Positions 9,982 to 21,326 of a DNA stretch of 64,000 nucleotides are shown piece after piece. Within the stretch, counting starts at the first letter, position 1, and each line of letters opens with the position of its first letter. The stretch is from Croceicoccus sp. (lineage in GTDB: Bacteria; Pseudomonadota; Alphaproteobacteria; Sphingomonadales; Sphingomonadaceae): contig NZMY01000050.1 in assembly GCA_002694745.1 (NCBI GenBank), positions 196,630 to 260,629 of the forward strand. Direction: 5' to 3'. Position numbers and translations under genes: made by a program. A model generated the notes under the pieces. It was not told the origin of the DNA. It worked only from the letters and a program-made list of their open reading frames with translations, and did not search any database.

Positions 9982-10611
9982 TCAGGCGACTTGCATGCCC
10001 ACGCCGGGCGCGGAACCGGTCACTTCGCAGCAATCGCAGCGCTCGACGCTCAGCGTGACGAGCGCGGTCAATTGCGCATCGATGCGCTCGCCATGCTTGG
10101 GCTCCAGCGTGCGGCGCACCAGCCGCGATACGACCGATGGCGCATCCTTGCCCGCCTCGTCCTTGCGGTGGACAAAGCCCGATACGTGCATCCACTGGTG
10201 CATCAGATGGGCGGCATAGTTCACCGGATCGTCCACCATCATGCAGCGTTCCAGAAACCAGCGCGCGCTGAAGATTGGCAGCGTGCCGATGCGCGTCGCG
10301 CCGATCACGCCGCGTCCCGCGGTCGCGTCGGGCAGGTCTGCAATCTCTATCGACAGGTTCAGCGCATGATCGCCGCAATGGCCGGATTCGCGGCCCTGCA
10401 CGATGCGGTCCCACACGCCGCCGCCGTTAAGCTCGCGTATCGTGCCGTGGCGTCCCTGCCAGCTTGCGCTGGAATATTCGGCCTGCCTGACCGACCCGCC
10501 GAAACCGGGGGCCTGCACGGCCTCTCTCAGCAGGGCGACGGACTCGCGGATGAATTCGATTTCGGCGGGCGAAGCGCCGATGGCGTCATGTAGGATTACC
10601 GATACGGTCAT
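9982..10611 (-). CDS. Hypothetical protein with degenerate astacin/metzincin-like motif HQWMHVSGFVH
   Basis: ORF 9982-10662. I prefer the ATG at 10611 (MTVSVILHD...). Motif verified on the nucleotide sequence at 10168-10200. Cys-rich tail ERCDCCE. Confidence 0.6.
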   Translation of the reverse strand: MTVSVILHDAIGASPAEIEFIRESVALLREAVQAPGFGGSVRQAEYSSASWQGRHGTIRELNGGGVWDRIVQGRESGHCGDHALNLSIEIADLPDATAGRGVIGATRIGTLPIFSARWFLERCMMVDDPVNYAAHLMHQWMHVSGFVHRKDEAGKDAPSVVSRLVRRTLEPKHGERIDAQLTALVTLSVERCDCCEVTGSAPGVGMQVA

Positions 10612-10777
10612 ACAGGCTCCAACGCAGGCCTTGAAAATTGTTTCCGGACCGAGTGGCAGCAACGATCCTGTGCTGCCATGCTTAGGCCCGATCCGCGAAT
10701 ATCGGCTTAACGCGGGGTTCGGGAAATATTCATGTCGGCGGCGTTCCCGATCAGGACAATTTCTTCATTGCCGCGCG

Positions 10778-11266
10778 TCAGCACCAATTCCCCTTGTAGC
10801 CGCGCCAGCGCTCGGCCAGCCCCTCGTCAATCAGTATCTCGCCAAGGCTCTGCCCGCCGCGCGTGACCCGCCGTAGCAGGCGGCCATAGCGGTCGGTATC
10901 TTCCGGCCCCGATTCCAGAGAGAACGGCCCTGCGTTCAGCAATTCGGTCAGCCGCGCGGTCGCCTGCTTGCCCAGCGCATATTCGCGGTCGCAACCGGGC
11001 GATGACGTTTCGGGCGTATTGATGTCGAGGATGCGGATCTTGTCGCCCGCCAGCCAGAACGTGTCGCCATCGACCACGCAGTTGACGCGGCTTGGCCCGT
11101 CGCAGCTGGTAAATCGTGCCGACAGCGTATCGCTGGCCGATGCTTGCGGGGCGGCCAGTTTTTCCGGCGCATCGGGTTCGAGGATATCGCCGCCAAAACG
11201 CAGGGTGACGCCCATCCCGATCAGGAAGACGGAGGCGGCAAGGACGATGAAACCGGTGGTGCGCAT
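10778..11266 (-). CDS. Thermonuclease (SNase-like) family protein with N-terminal membrane anchor
   Basis: VVDGDTFWLAGDKIRILDINTPE...DRYGRLLRRV...LIDEGLA, preceded by hydrophobic FIVLAASVFLIGMGV. The alternative start at 11371 would lie 10 nt after the crtB stop. Confidence 0.7.
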   Translation of the reverse strand: MRTTGFIVLAASVFLIGMGVTLRFGGDILEPDAPEKLAAPQASASDTLSARFTSCDGPSRVNCVVDGDTFWLAGDKIRILDINTPETSSPGCDREYALGKQATARLTELLNAGPFSLESGPEDTDRYGRLLRRVTRGGQSLGEILIDEGLAERWRGYKGNWC

Positions 11267-11381
11267 GGGAGAAGGGGACTTTGACTTGCATCGCGGGGAA
11301 CGACGGAACGGGATAATTTTGCCCCGCCTGTCACGCAGCTCTGCGGCGCGAAAGGGTTTCCTTAAACTCATGAACAGCGAT

Positions 11382-12386
11382 TTACGCCGCCAGAATTAAA
11401 GTCCGGTTTCGCGTCGCCCTTTCGCGCAAATCGGCCAGCGTAAAGCGCCGATGACCGGCCGCCTCGGCGCATTCCTCCGCCTCGGGGCGCAGCGACGCGG
11501 CCCATGACTGCGCCAGCCAGCCCAGCTTTTCCAGCTTCGTCGTATGCGCGCGGTGGTCCCATGCGTGGGTGCCCGCCGCCTCGACCTTGCGGGCGATGCC
11601 GCCGTATATGCCGGTCGCGGCCAGCACGGCCCAGCGGTGCCGGAACCGCAGCCGCGCCGCGCCGATCCGGGCCGAAGCCTCATGCGCGCGGGCGATGGCG
11701 CAGGCCTCGCCGACCAGTTCGACCAGCTGATTGCGGTACATCGGCTTCATGTGCTGGCCGGGCGGAATATCGGCCTCGACCAGCCATTCGACGGGAAGAT
11801 AGCAGCGCCCCGCCGCGTCATCCTCCCACACGTCGCGCACGATATTGGCCAGCTGGAATGCCAGGCCCAGATCGCAGGCGCGCTCCAGCGTATCCTCGTC
11901 ATCGGGCGACACGCCCATCACCAGCGCCATCATCACGCCGACCGCGCCCGCGACGTGATAGCAATATTCCATCATGTCGCCCTCGCTGCGGGGGCGCCAG
12001 TCGGCGGCGTCGAGCACGAAGCCCGCGATCACGTCGTCGCAGTGCTGCTGCGTGATGCCGCATTCGCGCGCGACCAGCCCCAGCCCGTCGAACGAGGGAT
12101 CGCCCGTCGGCTGTCCCGCCAGTGCCTGCGCGGTGCGGCTGCGCAGCAGGGCGACGCGTTCCTTCGCGCCTTCCTGCGATCCCAGTTCGCCTCCCATGTC
12201 CTGCGCATCGGCCAGATCATCGCAGGCGCGGCACCATGCATAGAGCAGCCAGACCTTTTCGCGCGTTTCGCGGTCGAACAGGCGGCTGGAGGCGGAAAAG
12301 CTTTTCGACCCCTTGCCGATCGCGCGCTGGGCATGCGCGACCAGTTCGGTGCGAGACAGGCCGCCGTGCGAATAATCGGCAGGCAT
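11382..12386 (-). CDS. crtB: Phytoene synthase
   Basis: Squalene/phytoene synthase signatures YAWCRACDDLAD and AFQLANIVRDVWEDDAAGRCYLP. Adjacent to crtI. Confidence 0.9.
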   Translation of the reverse strand: MPADYSHGGLSRTELVAHAQRAIGKGSKSFSASSRLFDRETREKVWLLYAWCRACDDLADAQDMGGELGSQEGAKERVALLRSRTAQALAGQPTGDPSFDGLGLVARECGITQQHCDDVIAGFVLDAADWRPRSEGDMMEYCYHVAGAVGVMMALVMGVSPDDEDTLERACDLGLAFQLANIVRDVWEDDAAGRCYLPVEWLVEADIPPGQHMKPMYRNQLVELVGEACAIARAHEASARIGAARLRFRHRWAVLAATGIYGGIARKVEAAGTHAWDHRAHTTKLEKLGWLAQSWAASLRPEAEECAEAAGHRRFTLADLRERATRNRTLILAA

Positions 12387-12391
12387 GAAAA

Positions 12392-13900
12392 TCAGCGCCG
12401 CGCCAGATCGGTCAGCATCAGCCGCGCCGTCGCCCGCGCGCTGCCGACGACGCCGGGAATGCCCGCGCCCGGATGCGTGCCCGCGCCGGTGAAATACAGG
12501 TTCGTGATCTCGTCGTCGCGGTTGTGCGTGCGGAAGAACGCGCTCTGCGTCAGGATTGGCTCAAGGCTGAACGCGCTGCCCAGATGGGCGTTGAGGTCGT
12601 GGGTGAAGTCGAACGGCGTATAGTGGAACTTGGTCACGATCCGGTCGTGCAGATCGGGGATCAGGCGCTTGGCCACCTCGTCCAGAATGCGCTTTTCCAG
12701 ATCCTCTCCGGCCGCGTTCCAGTCCACCGGCAGCTTGCCGCGATGCGCGACGGGGACCAGCGCATAGAAAGTCGAATGACCCTCGGGCGCCATGCCGTCG
12801 TCGCTGGCGCTGGGATGGTGCAGATAGACCGAGAAGTCGCGCGGCAGCACGCCATGCTTGTAGATGTCGTCGAGCAGCCCCTTATAGCGCGGGCCGAACA
12901 GGATCATGTGGTGCGGAATGTCGGGGAAGGTGCCCTTCACGCCGAAATGCACCACAAACAGGCTGGGCGAATACCGCTTCTTGGTCAGCTTCGACGCCAC
13001 CTGCGGCCCGCGCCGGTTGCCGGTCAGCAGGTCGCGGTAGCTGTGCATCACGTCGGCATTGCTGGCGACCGCGTCGAAATTCTCATGCCAGCCGCTGGCG
13101 CAGGTGATGCCGGTGGCCTTGTTGCCCGCGGTCTCGATCGCGACGACCGGATCGCCCAGCCGGACGGTGCCGCCCAGCCTTTCGAAATGCTTCACCATCC
13201 CCGCGACCAGCCGGTTGGTGCCGCCCTTGGCCCACCACACGCCGCCGTCCTTCTCCAGCTTGTGGATCAGCGCATAGATCGAACTGGTCGACATCGGATT
13301 GCCGCCCACCAGCAGCGTATGAAAGCTCAGCGCCTCGCGCAGCTTCTCGTCCGAGATGAAGCTGGACACCATCGAATAGACCGACCGCCACGCTTGGTAC
13401 TTGGCCAGCGCGGGCGCGGCCTTCAGCATCGACTTGAAGTCGAGGAACGGCACATGGCCCAGCTTCACATAGCCTTCGCGCCACACGCCTTCGGAATATT
13501 GCAGGAATTCCTCGTAGCCCGCGAGGTCGTCGGGGTTCAGCTTCGCGATCTCGCGCGCCAGTTTCGCATTGTCGTTCGAATAGTCGAAATTGGTCCCGTC
13601 CTCCCAGTTGAGGCGGTAGAACGGCGTCACCGGGACCAGCTCGACATCCTCGTCCATGTCGTGATCGGTCAGCTTCCACAAGGCGCGCAGGCAATCGGGA
13701 TCGGTGATGACGGTGGGACCGGCGTCGAAGGTGAAACCGTCGCGCTCCCAGAAATAGGCGCGGCCGCCGGGCTTGTCGCGCCCTTCGATCAGCGTGGTTT
13801 CTATGCCCGAGGCCTGAAGCCGGATCGCCAGTGCAAGCCCGCCGAACCCGGCGCCGATGACGGCGGCGGGACGCGGTCGGGATTTCGTTTCGGAAGTCAT
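12392..13900 (-). CDS. crtI: Phytoene desaturase
   Basis: N-terminal FAD fold VIGAGFGGLALAIRL, C-terminal FTGAGTHPGAGIPGV, 502 aa. Confidence 0.95.
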   Translation of the reverse strand: MTSETKSRPRPAAVIGAGFGGLALAIRLQASGIETTLIEGRDKPGGRAYFWERDGFTFDAGPTVITDPDCLRALWKLTDHDMDEDVELVPVTPFYRLNWEDGTNFDYSNDNAKLAREIAKLNPDDLAGYEEFLQYSEGVWREGYVKLGHVPFLDFKSMLKAAPALAKYQAWRSVYSMVSSFISDEKLREALSFHTLLVGGNPMSTSSIYALIHKLEKDGGVWWAKGGTNRLVAGMVKHFERLGGTVRLGDPVVAIETAGNKATGITCASGWHENFDAVASNADVMHSYRDLLTGNRRGPQVASKLTKKRYSPSLFVVHFGVKGTFPDIPHHMILFGPRYKGLLDDIYKHGVLPRDFSVYLHHPSASDDGMAPEGHSTFYALVPVAHRGKLPVDWNAAGEDLEKRILDEVAKRLIPDLHDRIVTKFHYTPFDFTHDLNAHLGSAFSLEPILTQSAFFRTHNRDDEITNLYFTGAGTHPGAGIPGVVGSARATARLMLTDLARR

Positions 13901-15090
13901 CGATTATCCTTGAGGAAGGGCGGAACGGAAACGCCCGCAAGCACCATGGCCGCTTTCGTTAGGGGAACAGGCGGGCGGCCCGCAAGCACGCGCGCCATGT
14001 CGGCAGGCGTGCTGCCGCCTGCATAGAAACGCTCTATCAGCCCCTCGTCGAGGCGGTAGAAACGCTGCAGCACGCGATATCGCTCGCCCGGCTGGGCGGC
14101 GCTGAACAGCAGGGCCGCCAGCAGGCGATAGAACCGCCCGCCCCGCCAATGTTCCTGCGCATACGCGCGCGAGGCGGCGGCGATGGCGGTGCCGTCCAGA
14201 TCGGGCAGGGCCGCGATATGCGCGGCAAAGCGCACCGCATCGGGCAGGGAATAGCTGGTCAGCGGCTGGAACAACCCGGCGCGCACGCCCGCCAGCGCGA
14301 CACCCGGCGGATGGCCGCGCCACAGCGCATCGAAATCGCCGCCGGTGACGACGGGCAGCACGCCCGTCTCCTCGCGCGAGATGTCCGTCACCTGCCAGCC
14401 GTGCGCCGCCGCATAATCCGCGATCCGCCCCGCCATCGCATCGCGGTCGAGCGCAGGGGCGTCGGCGTAATAGGTATCCTCGACGAACAAAGTGGTGGGC
14501 CCGAACGGCAGCACATAGACGAAGCGATATCCGTCATGCTGCTCTACGCTGGCATCCATCACCACCGGCCGGGTCAGCCCGTGCGGCTGTGCAAGCTCCA
14601 GCATCTGGCCGGTGAATTTCTGCCACCCGCCCTTGAGCACGCCCATGTGCGAAGGCCCGATCCCGCGCGCGTCGATCACCGCGCGTGCCGCGATCCGCGT
14701 GCCGCCCTTAAGGTCCAGCCCGGCGGCATCCAGCGCGGCCACCGGGGCGCCCGTCATCACCGCGCCATCGGGCAGCGCCGCATCGACCGCCTGCGCCAGC
14801 CGTTCCGAGGTGATCGAGCGGTAGGACGTCGGCAGCGTCCGGCGATATTCGGGAAAGGCAACCTCATAGCCCGCATCCCAGCGCGCCGCGATCAGCGGCT
14901 CGACCAGTGGGCGGTCGGCGGGGGCGATGTCGGTGGCGAAGAACGACCAGACGTGATGCCCGCCGATGGCCGGCCCGCCCTCGACCAGCGCGACCGAGAC
15001 GTCGGGCCGCCGCGCCCGCAGGGCCAGCGCGATCATCGCTCCCGAAAGCCCGCCGCCGGCGATGGCGATGTCGAATTGCTGCGTACCCAT
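13897..15090 (-). CDS. crtY: Lycopene beta-cyclase
   Basis: FDIAIAGGGLSGAMIA dinucleotide fold, about 397 aa, 4-nt overlap with the crtI start. Confidence 0.88.
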   Translation of the reverse strand: MGTQQFDIAIAGGGLSGAMIALALRARRPDVSVALVEGGPAIGGHHVWSFFATDIAPADRPLVEPLIAARWDAGYEVAFPEYRRTLPTSYRSITSERLAQAVDAALPDGAVMTGAPVAALDAAGLDLKGGTRIAARAVIDARGIGPSHMGVLKGGWQKFTGQMLELAQPHGLTRPVVMDASVEQHDGYRFVYVLPFGPTTLFVEDTYYADAPALDRDAMAGRIADYAAAHGWQVTDISREETGVLPVVTGGDFDALWRGHPPGVALAGVRAGLFQPLTSYSLPDAVRFAAHIAALPDLDGTAIAAASRAYAQEHWRGGRFYRLLAALLFSAAQPGERYRVLQRFYRLDEGLIERFYAGGSTPADMARVLAGRPPVPLTKAAMVLAGVSVPPFLKDNR

Positions 15091-15256
15091 TGACCGCCTG
15101 CCTACAGGCAGATCGCGCCGCCAGCCATAGCGAACTGGCCGTCGGAGCGATTGCCCTTAGGAACGGGTAGACGTTTCCGGCCTGCAAGGGGCCGGAAAAG
15201 CCGCCAGAACCCTCCGACCTGCCCGACCCGCCGACCTGCCCGAACCCGCCGACGCG

Positions 15257-17782
15257 TCAGAATCCAAACGTCGCCGCCACGCGCCCGCCGACCTGCTTGC
15301 TGCCGGTGTCGCCGGTGACGCCCGCCGAGACATACACCCCGTCGTTGACCCGGCCCGCAAGCGAACCGGCAAAGCCCTGCTGGCCGCCCCATGTCGCCGC
15401 CGAGACGGTCATCGACACCGACTTGCCCGGCACGATCGCGGTGCCGCCCAGCGCCATCGCCGCCGCGACCCCGCCGCTCGACCGTTCGTCCAGCTCGTCG
15501 AGGTTGAATTCCAGCGCATCGACCCGGCCGTCCAGCACGTCGACCCGTCCGGTCAGCGCCTCGAACTGCGCGTCGCTGACCGCCGCGACATATTGCATCT
15601 GGCTCGCCAGCGAAGCGACCTGCTGCCCCGATGCGAGGGCCCCGCCGCGGCCCAGCGTGCCGGTCTCGTCCACCGTCACGCTGTAAAGCGGCCCCGCCTG
15701 CGCCGCCGTGCTGGCATTGATGTCGCCGACCTTCACCGAAGACCCCGCGCCGCCCAGCGCCACCTGGTTGCCCGCGGTCGTCTTCGCCTCGTAACCCACG
15801 GCAGTGGAATTGTTGTACGCCGCCGAGGCCGAGGTCCCGATCGCCGTCGCCGCCTGACCGCTGGCCACGGCCTGCGTGCCGATCGCCGTCGCCCGCCCGC
15901 TGGAGGCATTGGCCTCATAACCGATCGCCGTGGCCAGCACCCCGGCAGCCGAAGTCCTGACACCCGCCGCAAAGGAATCGCGACCGCTGGCGCGCGTCAG
16001 CGTCCCGATGGCGGCAGAACGAAGCCCGGTCGCCTGCGCATTGAAACCCTGCGCCGCGGCATAGTCGGCTGCGGCATAGGCTCCGTTGCCGACGGCTGAA
16101 CTTGATCTGCCTGCGGCAACCGCTTGATGTCCCGAAGCAGAGGCGGATGCAGCGGTCGCCTTGGCGCCAACACCCAGTGCCAAGGCGTTAGAGGCTTGGG
16201 AGATGCTATCCCTACCAACTGCGATCGAATTGAGATGCACTGCCTTTGCGTCCGCCCCGATGGCAGTGGCGTAGCCACTGTCAGCCGTTGCGCCATAGCC
16301 TGCGGCAAGCGCGAACGCCCCCTGCGCAAGGCTCATCGCGCCGAAGGCCGATGCCGTGTCGGAAGCAGAAGCCGCGCTGCCGATTGCCGTTGAAAATTGC
16401 GAGGATGCTGCGGCGGAGGACCCGAGCGCCACACCGTTGGGGCCTGCGGTCGCGCGCCGCCCTATCGCGATGCTATCGTCGTTCTGCGCCACGGAATAGG
16501 ACCCTATGGCAATCGAGCCTGCTCCGGCCGCGTCGGATGAGTATCCGATTGCTGTCGCATGGTCGGCCGGGTCATCCGAATAATAGGGGGTCCTGGCATT
16601 GGCCTGTCCGCCGATCGCGATTGCGCCGGGTCCGAACGCATAGCTTTCCGTACCGAAAGCAAGGGCGTCGTCCCCGCTGGACCACGCGCCGGTACCTACG
16701 TCCACGCCCCGGTCACCCTCCGAATAGGAACTCCCGATCGCGATACCGGAATCCGCCTCGACCGCCGCCTGGAAACCGATGGCGACGGCCTGTTTATTGG
16801 CGGCATATGCCTGATGACCCATAGCCACGGACGATGCTGCGTCTGACACGGATCCGGCACCGAGCGCGATCGACCCGCCCCCTTGCGCCGAGGCCAGTTC
16901 GCCCAGGGCGATCGCATCCTCGCCCCCTGCCGTGGCACCGGCCCCTGCCGAATTGACGTCGAGATAGGTCAGGACTTGGCCGACGGTCGGATCGGCACTG
17001 CCGGTGGCGATGGCGTTTTCCAGCTGCTGCAAGGTCACAGCATCGGTCGCATCCACGCCGTCGGCAAGATTGGAAATTCGCCGCTTGATGGTGCTGCTGC
17101 CGACCGAAACGGTGAAATCAGTCAATGTGACCGAGCCGGTGCCGAGTGCAACGCTGTGCTGTGAGTAGGAGGTGGATCCGGCCCCGATCGCGACCGACCC
17201 ATTTTGCAGGGCGTCCGCCCCCGCGCCGAGCGCTATCGACATGTCGCCGCTGGCATTGGACCGGCTTGTCCTGATCGATGCGCCGCTGTCGTCATAAAAG
17301 CCGCCAATCGCGATGGCGGCCTCTCCGCTGCTCGAACTGAAGCCTATAGCGACGCCGTATCGATCTGCGCTTCCACTGCCGATCGCGACGCCCGAAGACC
17401 CTGCAACGATGCCCCTGCCGATCGCAACCGAGCTGCTTCCGTTGGACTTGGCGGCACTGCCGATTGAAATGCTGTTCGAATAAACCGCCTGGGCTCCAGC
17501 GCCGACCGCAACGGACCGCGATCCCCCCGCATCGGCGCCGTCGCCGACGGCAGCAGACTGGTAACCGGCTGTAGAGCCGTTGCCAACCGCGGTGCCTTCG
17601 AAACCGGCGACTGCGCCCGCACCGCATTCCAGCCCGTCGTCGGCGGTGCCCGATATGCCGTCAGTGCCAGGACTCGCATTACACTCCGGCGTCTCATCCG
17701 CCGCCGCCATTCCCGGCGAAAGCGCACAACACGCAGCGATGGCGAGCGCGGACGCGCCCGTCAGACGAGTGACGATGAACAT
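15257..17782 (-). CDS. Trimeric autotransporter adhesin (YadA-like head repeats, neck, coiled stalk, C-terminal anchor)
   Basis: Dozens of S/A-x-A-I/V-G head repeats. Neck KRRISNLADGVDATDAVTLQQL. C-terminal GGVAAAMALGG...VAATFGF anchor. Signal peptide from the ATG at 17782. Confidence 0.85.
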   Translation of the reverse strand: MFIVTRLTGASALAIAACCALSPGMAAADETPECNASPGTDGISGTADDGLECGAGAVAGFEGTAVGNGSTAGYQSAAVGDGADAGGSRSVAVGAGAQAVYSNSISIGSAAKSNGSSSVAIGRGIVAGSSGVAIGSGSADRYGVAIGFSSSSGEAAIAIGGFYDDSGASIRTSRSNASGDMSIALGAGADALQNGSVAIGAGSTSYSQHSVALGTGSVTLTDFTVSVGSSTIKRRISNLADGVDATDAVTLQQLENAIATGSADPTVGQVLTYLDVNSAGAGATAGGEDAIALGELASAQGGGSIALGAGSVSDAASSVAMGHQAYAANKQAVAIGFQAAVEADSGIAIGSSYSEGDRGVDVGTGAWSSGDDALAFGTESYAFGPGAIAIGGQANARTPYYSDDPADHATAIGYSSDAAGAGSIAIGSYSVAQNDDSIAIGRRATAGPNGVALGSSAAASSQFSTAIGSAASASDTASAFGAMSLAQGAFALAAGYGATADSGYATAIGADAKAVHLNSIAVGRDSISQASNALALGVGAKATAASASASGHQAVAAGRSSSAVGNGAYAAADYAAAQGFNAQATGLRSAAIGTLTRASGRDSFAAGVRTSAAGVLATAIGYEANASSGRATAIGTQAVASGQAATAIGTSASAAYNNSTAVGYEAKTTAGNQVALGGAGSSVKVGDINASTAAQAGPLYSVTVDETGTLGRGGALASGQQVASLASQMQYVAAVSDAQFEALTGRVDVLDGRVDALEFNLDELDERSSGGVAAAMALGGTAIVPGKSVSMTVSAATWGGQQGFAGSLAGRVNDGVYVSAGVTGDTGSKQVGGRVAATFGF

Positions 17783-17915
17783 GGATGTACCCCCGTGCAA
17801 CCGGGGCCGTCCCGACGACCCCCCCTTCGTCTGGCTAATCCGGCAACAGGCTGCTTACAATCGAAACTTTCGTGCTAGACCCTTTGGGCGCAGCCCCCGC
17901 ATTCGCGGCCGGGGA

Positions 17916-18605
17916 TCAGCGTCCCTGAAAGAACATATTGATCGTAAGCCTGCCTTGGCGGGGATCGTCCGACAGCGCCGCCGGGTCCGGGATCACGCCC
18001 GAATGCAGCACCTGTCCGCGATAGAGGATCAGCCGGTCGGGCCGCGCCTCTACCTCGTGCAGCATTTCATAGGCGTCGCTGTCGCCGTGGCAATATCGCG
18101 GCGGCGGCGGGCCGTACTCGCGTGCATCCTCCTTCAGCGCGGCGGCGAAGGCATCCATGCGTTCTGGCGTGATCGACTCGAACCCCGTGCGGCGGTGGCG
18201 GTAGAACGCGGTGCCGCCGCTTTGCGGACCGCAGAGGTAATGCATCAATGCGATAAGCCCGGGGCCGCCGTGATCGTGATGCGGCACGCGCTGGTCGGGC
18301 GAGAGATCGCCGGGCGCCCGCGTCACCAGCGAAAAGGCGGCCGCCTCGCAGTGCAGGGAGCGCTGCAGGCCGAACGCGCGGTGCATCACATCGACCAGCA
18401 GGTCGCGCCGCAGGTCAAGATAGGCGGGGTCCGCGGGTGCGCGCAGTCCCGGATAATAGGCGCCCGCCGGGGCATAATGCGCCGCCGCGCCCGCTTCGCG
18501 CAGGGCGGCAAGCTGGCCGCTGAAATCGTCGATGACGACCAGCGGCTGGCCTTCGCGGCCAAGGCGGCGCAGCTCGACTCTGGCTTTCGGGCGGGGCGTG
18601 GACAT
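17916..18605 (-). CDS. Hypothetical protein, DUF6445-like (possible cupin/2OG-oxygenase-like fold)
   Basis: ORF 17916-18701, ATG at 18605 preferred (MSTPRPK...). The family call is from memory of similar alphaproteobacterial proteins and is not verified. Confidence 0.55.
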   Translation of the reverse strand: MSTPRPKARVELRRLGREGQPLVVIDDFSGQLAALREAGAAAHYAPAGAYYPGLRAPADPAYLDLRRDLLVDVMHRAFGLQRSLHCEAAAFSLVTRAPGDLSPDQRVPHHDHGGPGLIALMHYLCGPQSGGTAFYRHRRTGFESITPERMDAFAAALKEDAREYGPPPPRYCHGDSDAYEMLHEVEARPDRLILYRGQVLHSGVIPDPAALSDDPRQGRLTINMFFQGR

Positions 18606-18721
18606 CGAATGCGGGGTGGCGAATGCGCGCGGCGCTGTCAAACCATCGGCTCCGCCGCACATCGCCCCTGCTAAACATCTCCTTTGCTGGACAGGGCGCA
18701 AGCGAGTGCGTAGAGTCGTTG

Positions 18722-20778
<2,057 letters not shown>

Positions 20779-20837
20779 TCGCCTTGCCCTGATGACATGA
20801 CCGGTGCAGTCTCCCCTTTTTCAGGGGGAGACTGTCC

Positions 20838-21311
20838 ATGTCGCGTGCGTTTCTGTCGGTTGCCGCACTGGCGCTGATGTTCACTGCCACCTCCGCCGCA
20901 TCGGCTCAGGACGCCAAACAGACCATCATGCCCGAGGACCCCGACGCGCTCGCGTTCCAGCAGGCGGTGGGCTACTCGGACGCGGTTATCGCCGGCGATC
21001 TGGTGATCCTGTCGGGTGTGGTCGCCGGGCCCGCGGACGGCGATGAGGGCATGGAGCCCGGTTTCGCCCGCGCCTTCGACAAGATCACGCGCACACTGGA
21101 ACGCGCGGGTCTCGGCTGGGACGATGTGGTCGAGATCCAGACCTTCCACACCGATCTCCCCGCCCAGATCGAGACATTTGCCGACGTCAAGAACCGCTAC
21201 GTCAAGGCGCCCTTTCCGGCATGGACCGCCATCGGCATCACCGCGCTGTACGAACCGAGCGCGCTGGTCGAGATCAAGGTCACCGCTTACCGGGGCGATC
21301 GGGCCGAATAG
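20838..21311 (+). CDS. RidA/YjgF-family protein with predicted signal peptide
   Basis: MSRAFLSVAALALMFTATSAASA leader, then the LSGVVA...EIKVTA RidA pattern. Confidence 0.8.
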   Translation: MSRAFLSVAALALMFTATSAASAQDAKQTIMPEDPDALAFQQAVGYSDAVIAGDLVILSGVVAGPADGDEGMEPGFARAFDKITRTLERAGLGWDDVVEIQTFHTDLPAQIETFADVKNRYVKAPFPAWTAIGITALYEPSALVEIKVTAYRGDRAE

Positions 21312-21326
21312 GGGAGAGCAGGGCGC

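Noticed and set aside
15214-15252. Short tandem repeat ccgacctgcccga(a)cccg, two copies, just after the adhesin stop
   Set aside because: There are only two imperfect copies of about 17 nt in GC-rich spacer. No associated structure or gene is evident. This is probably slippage debris.
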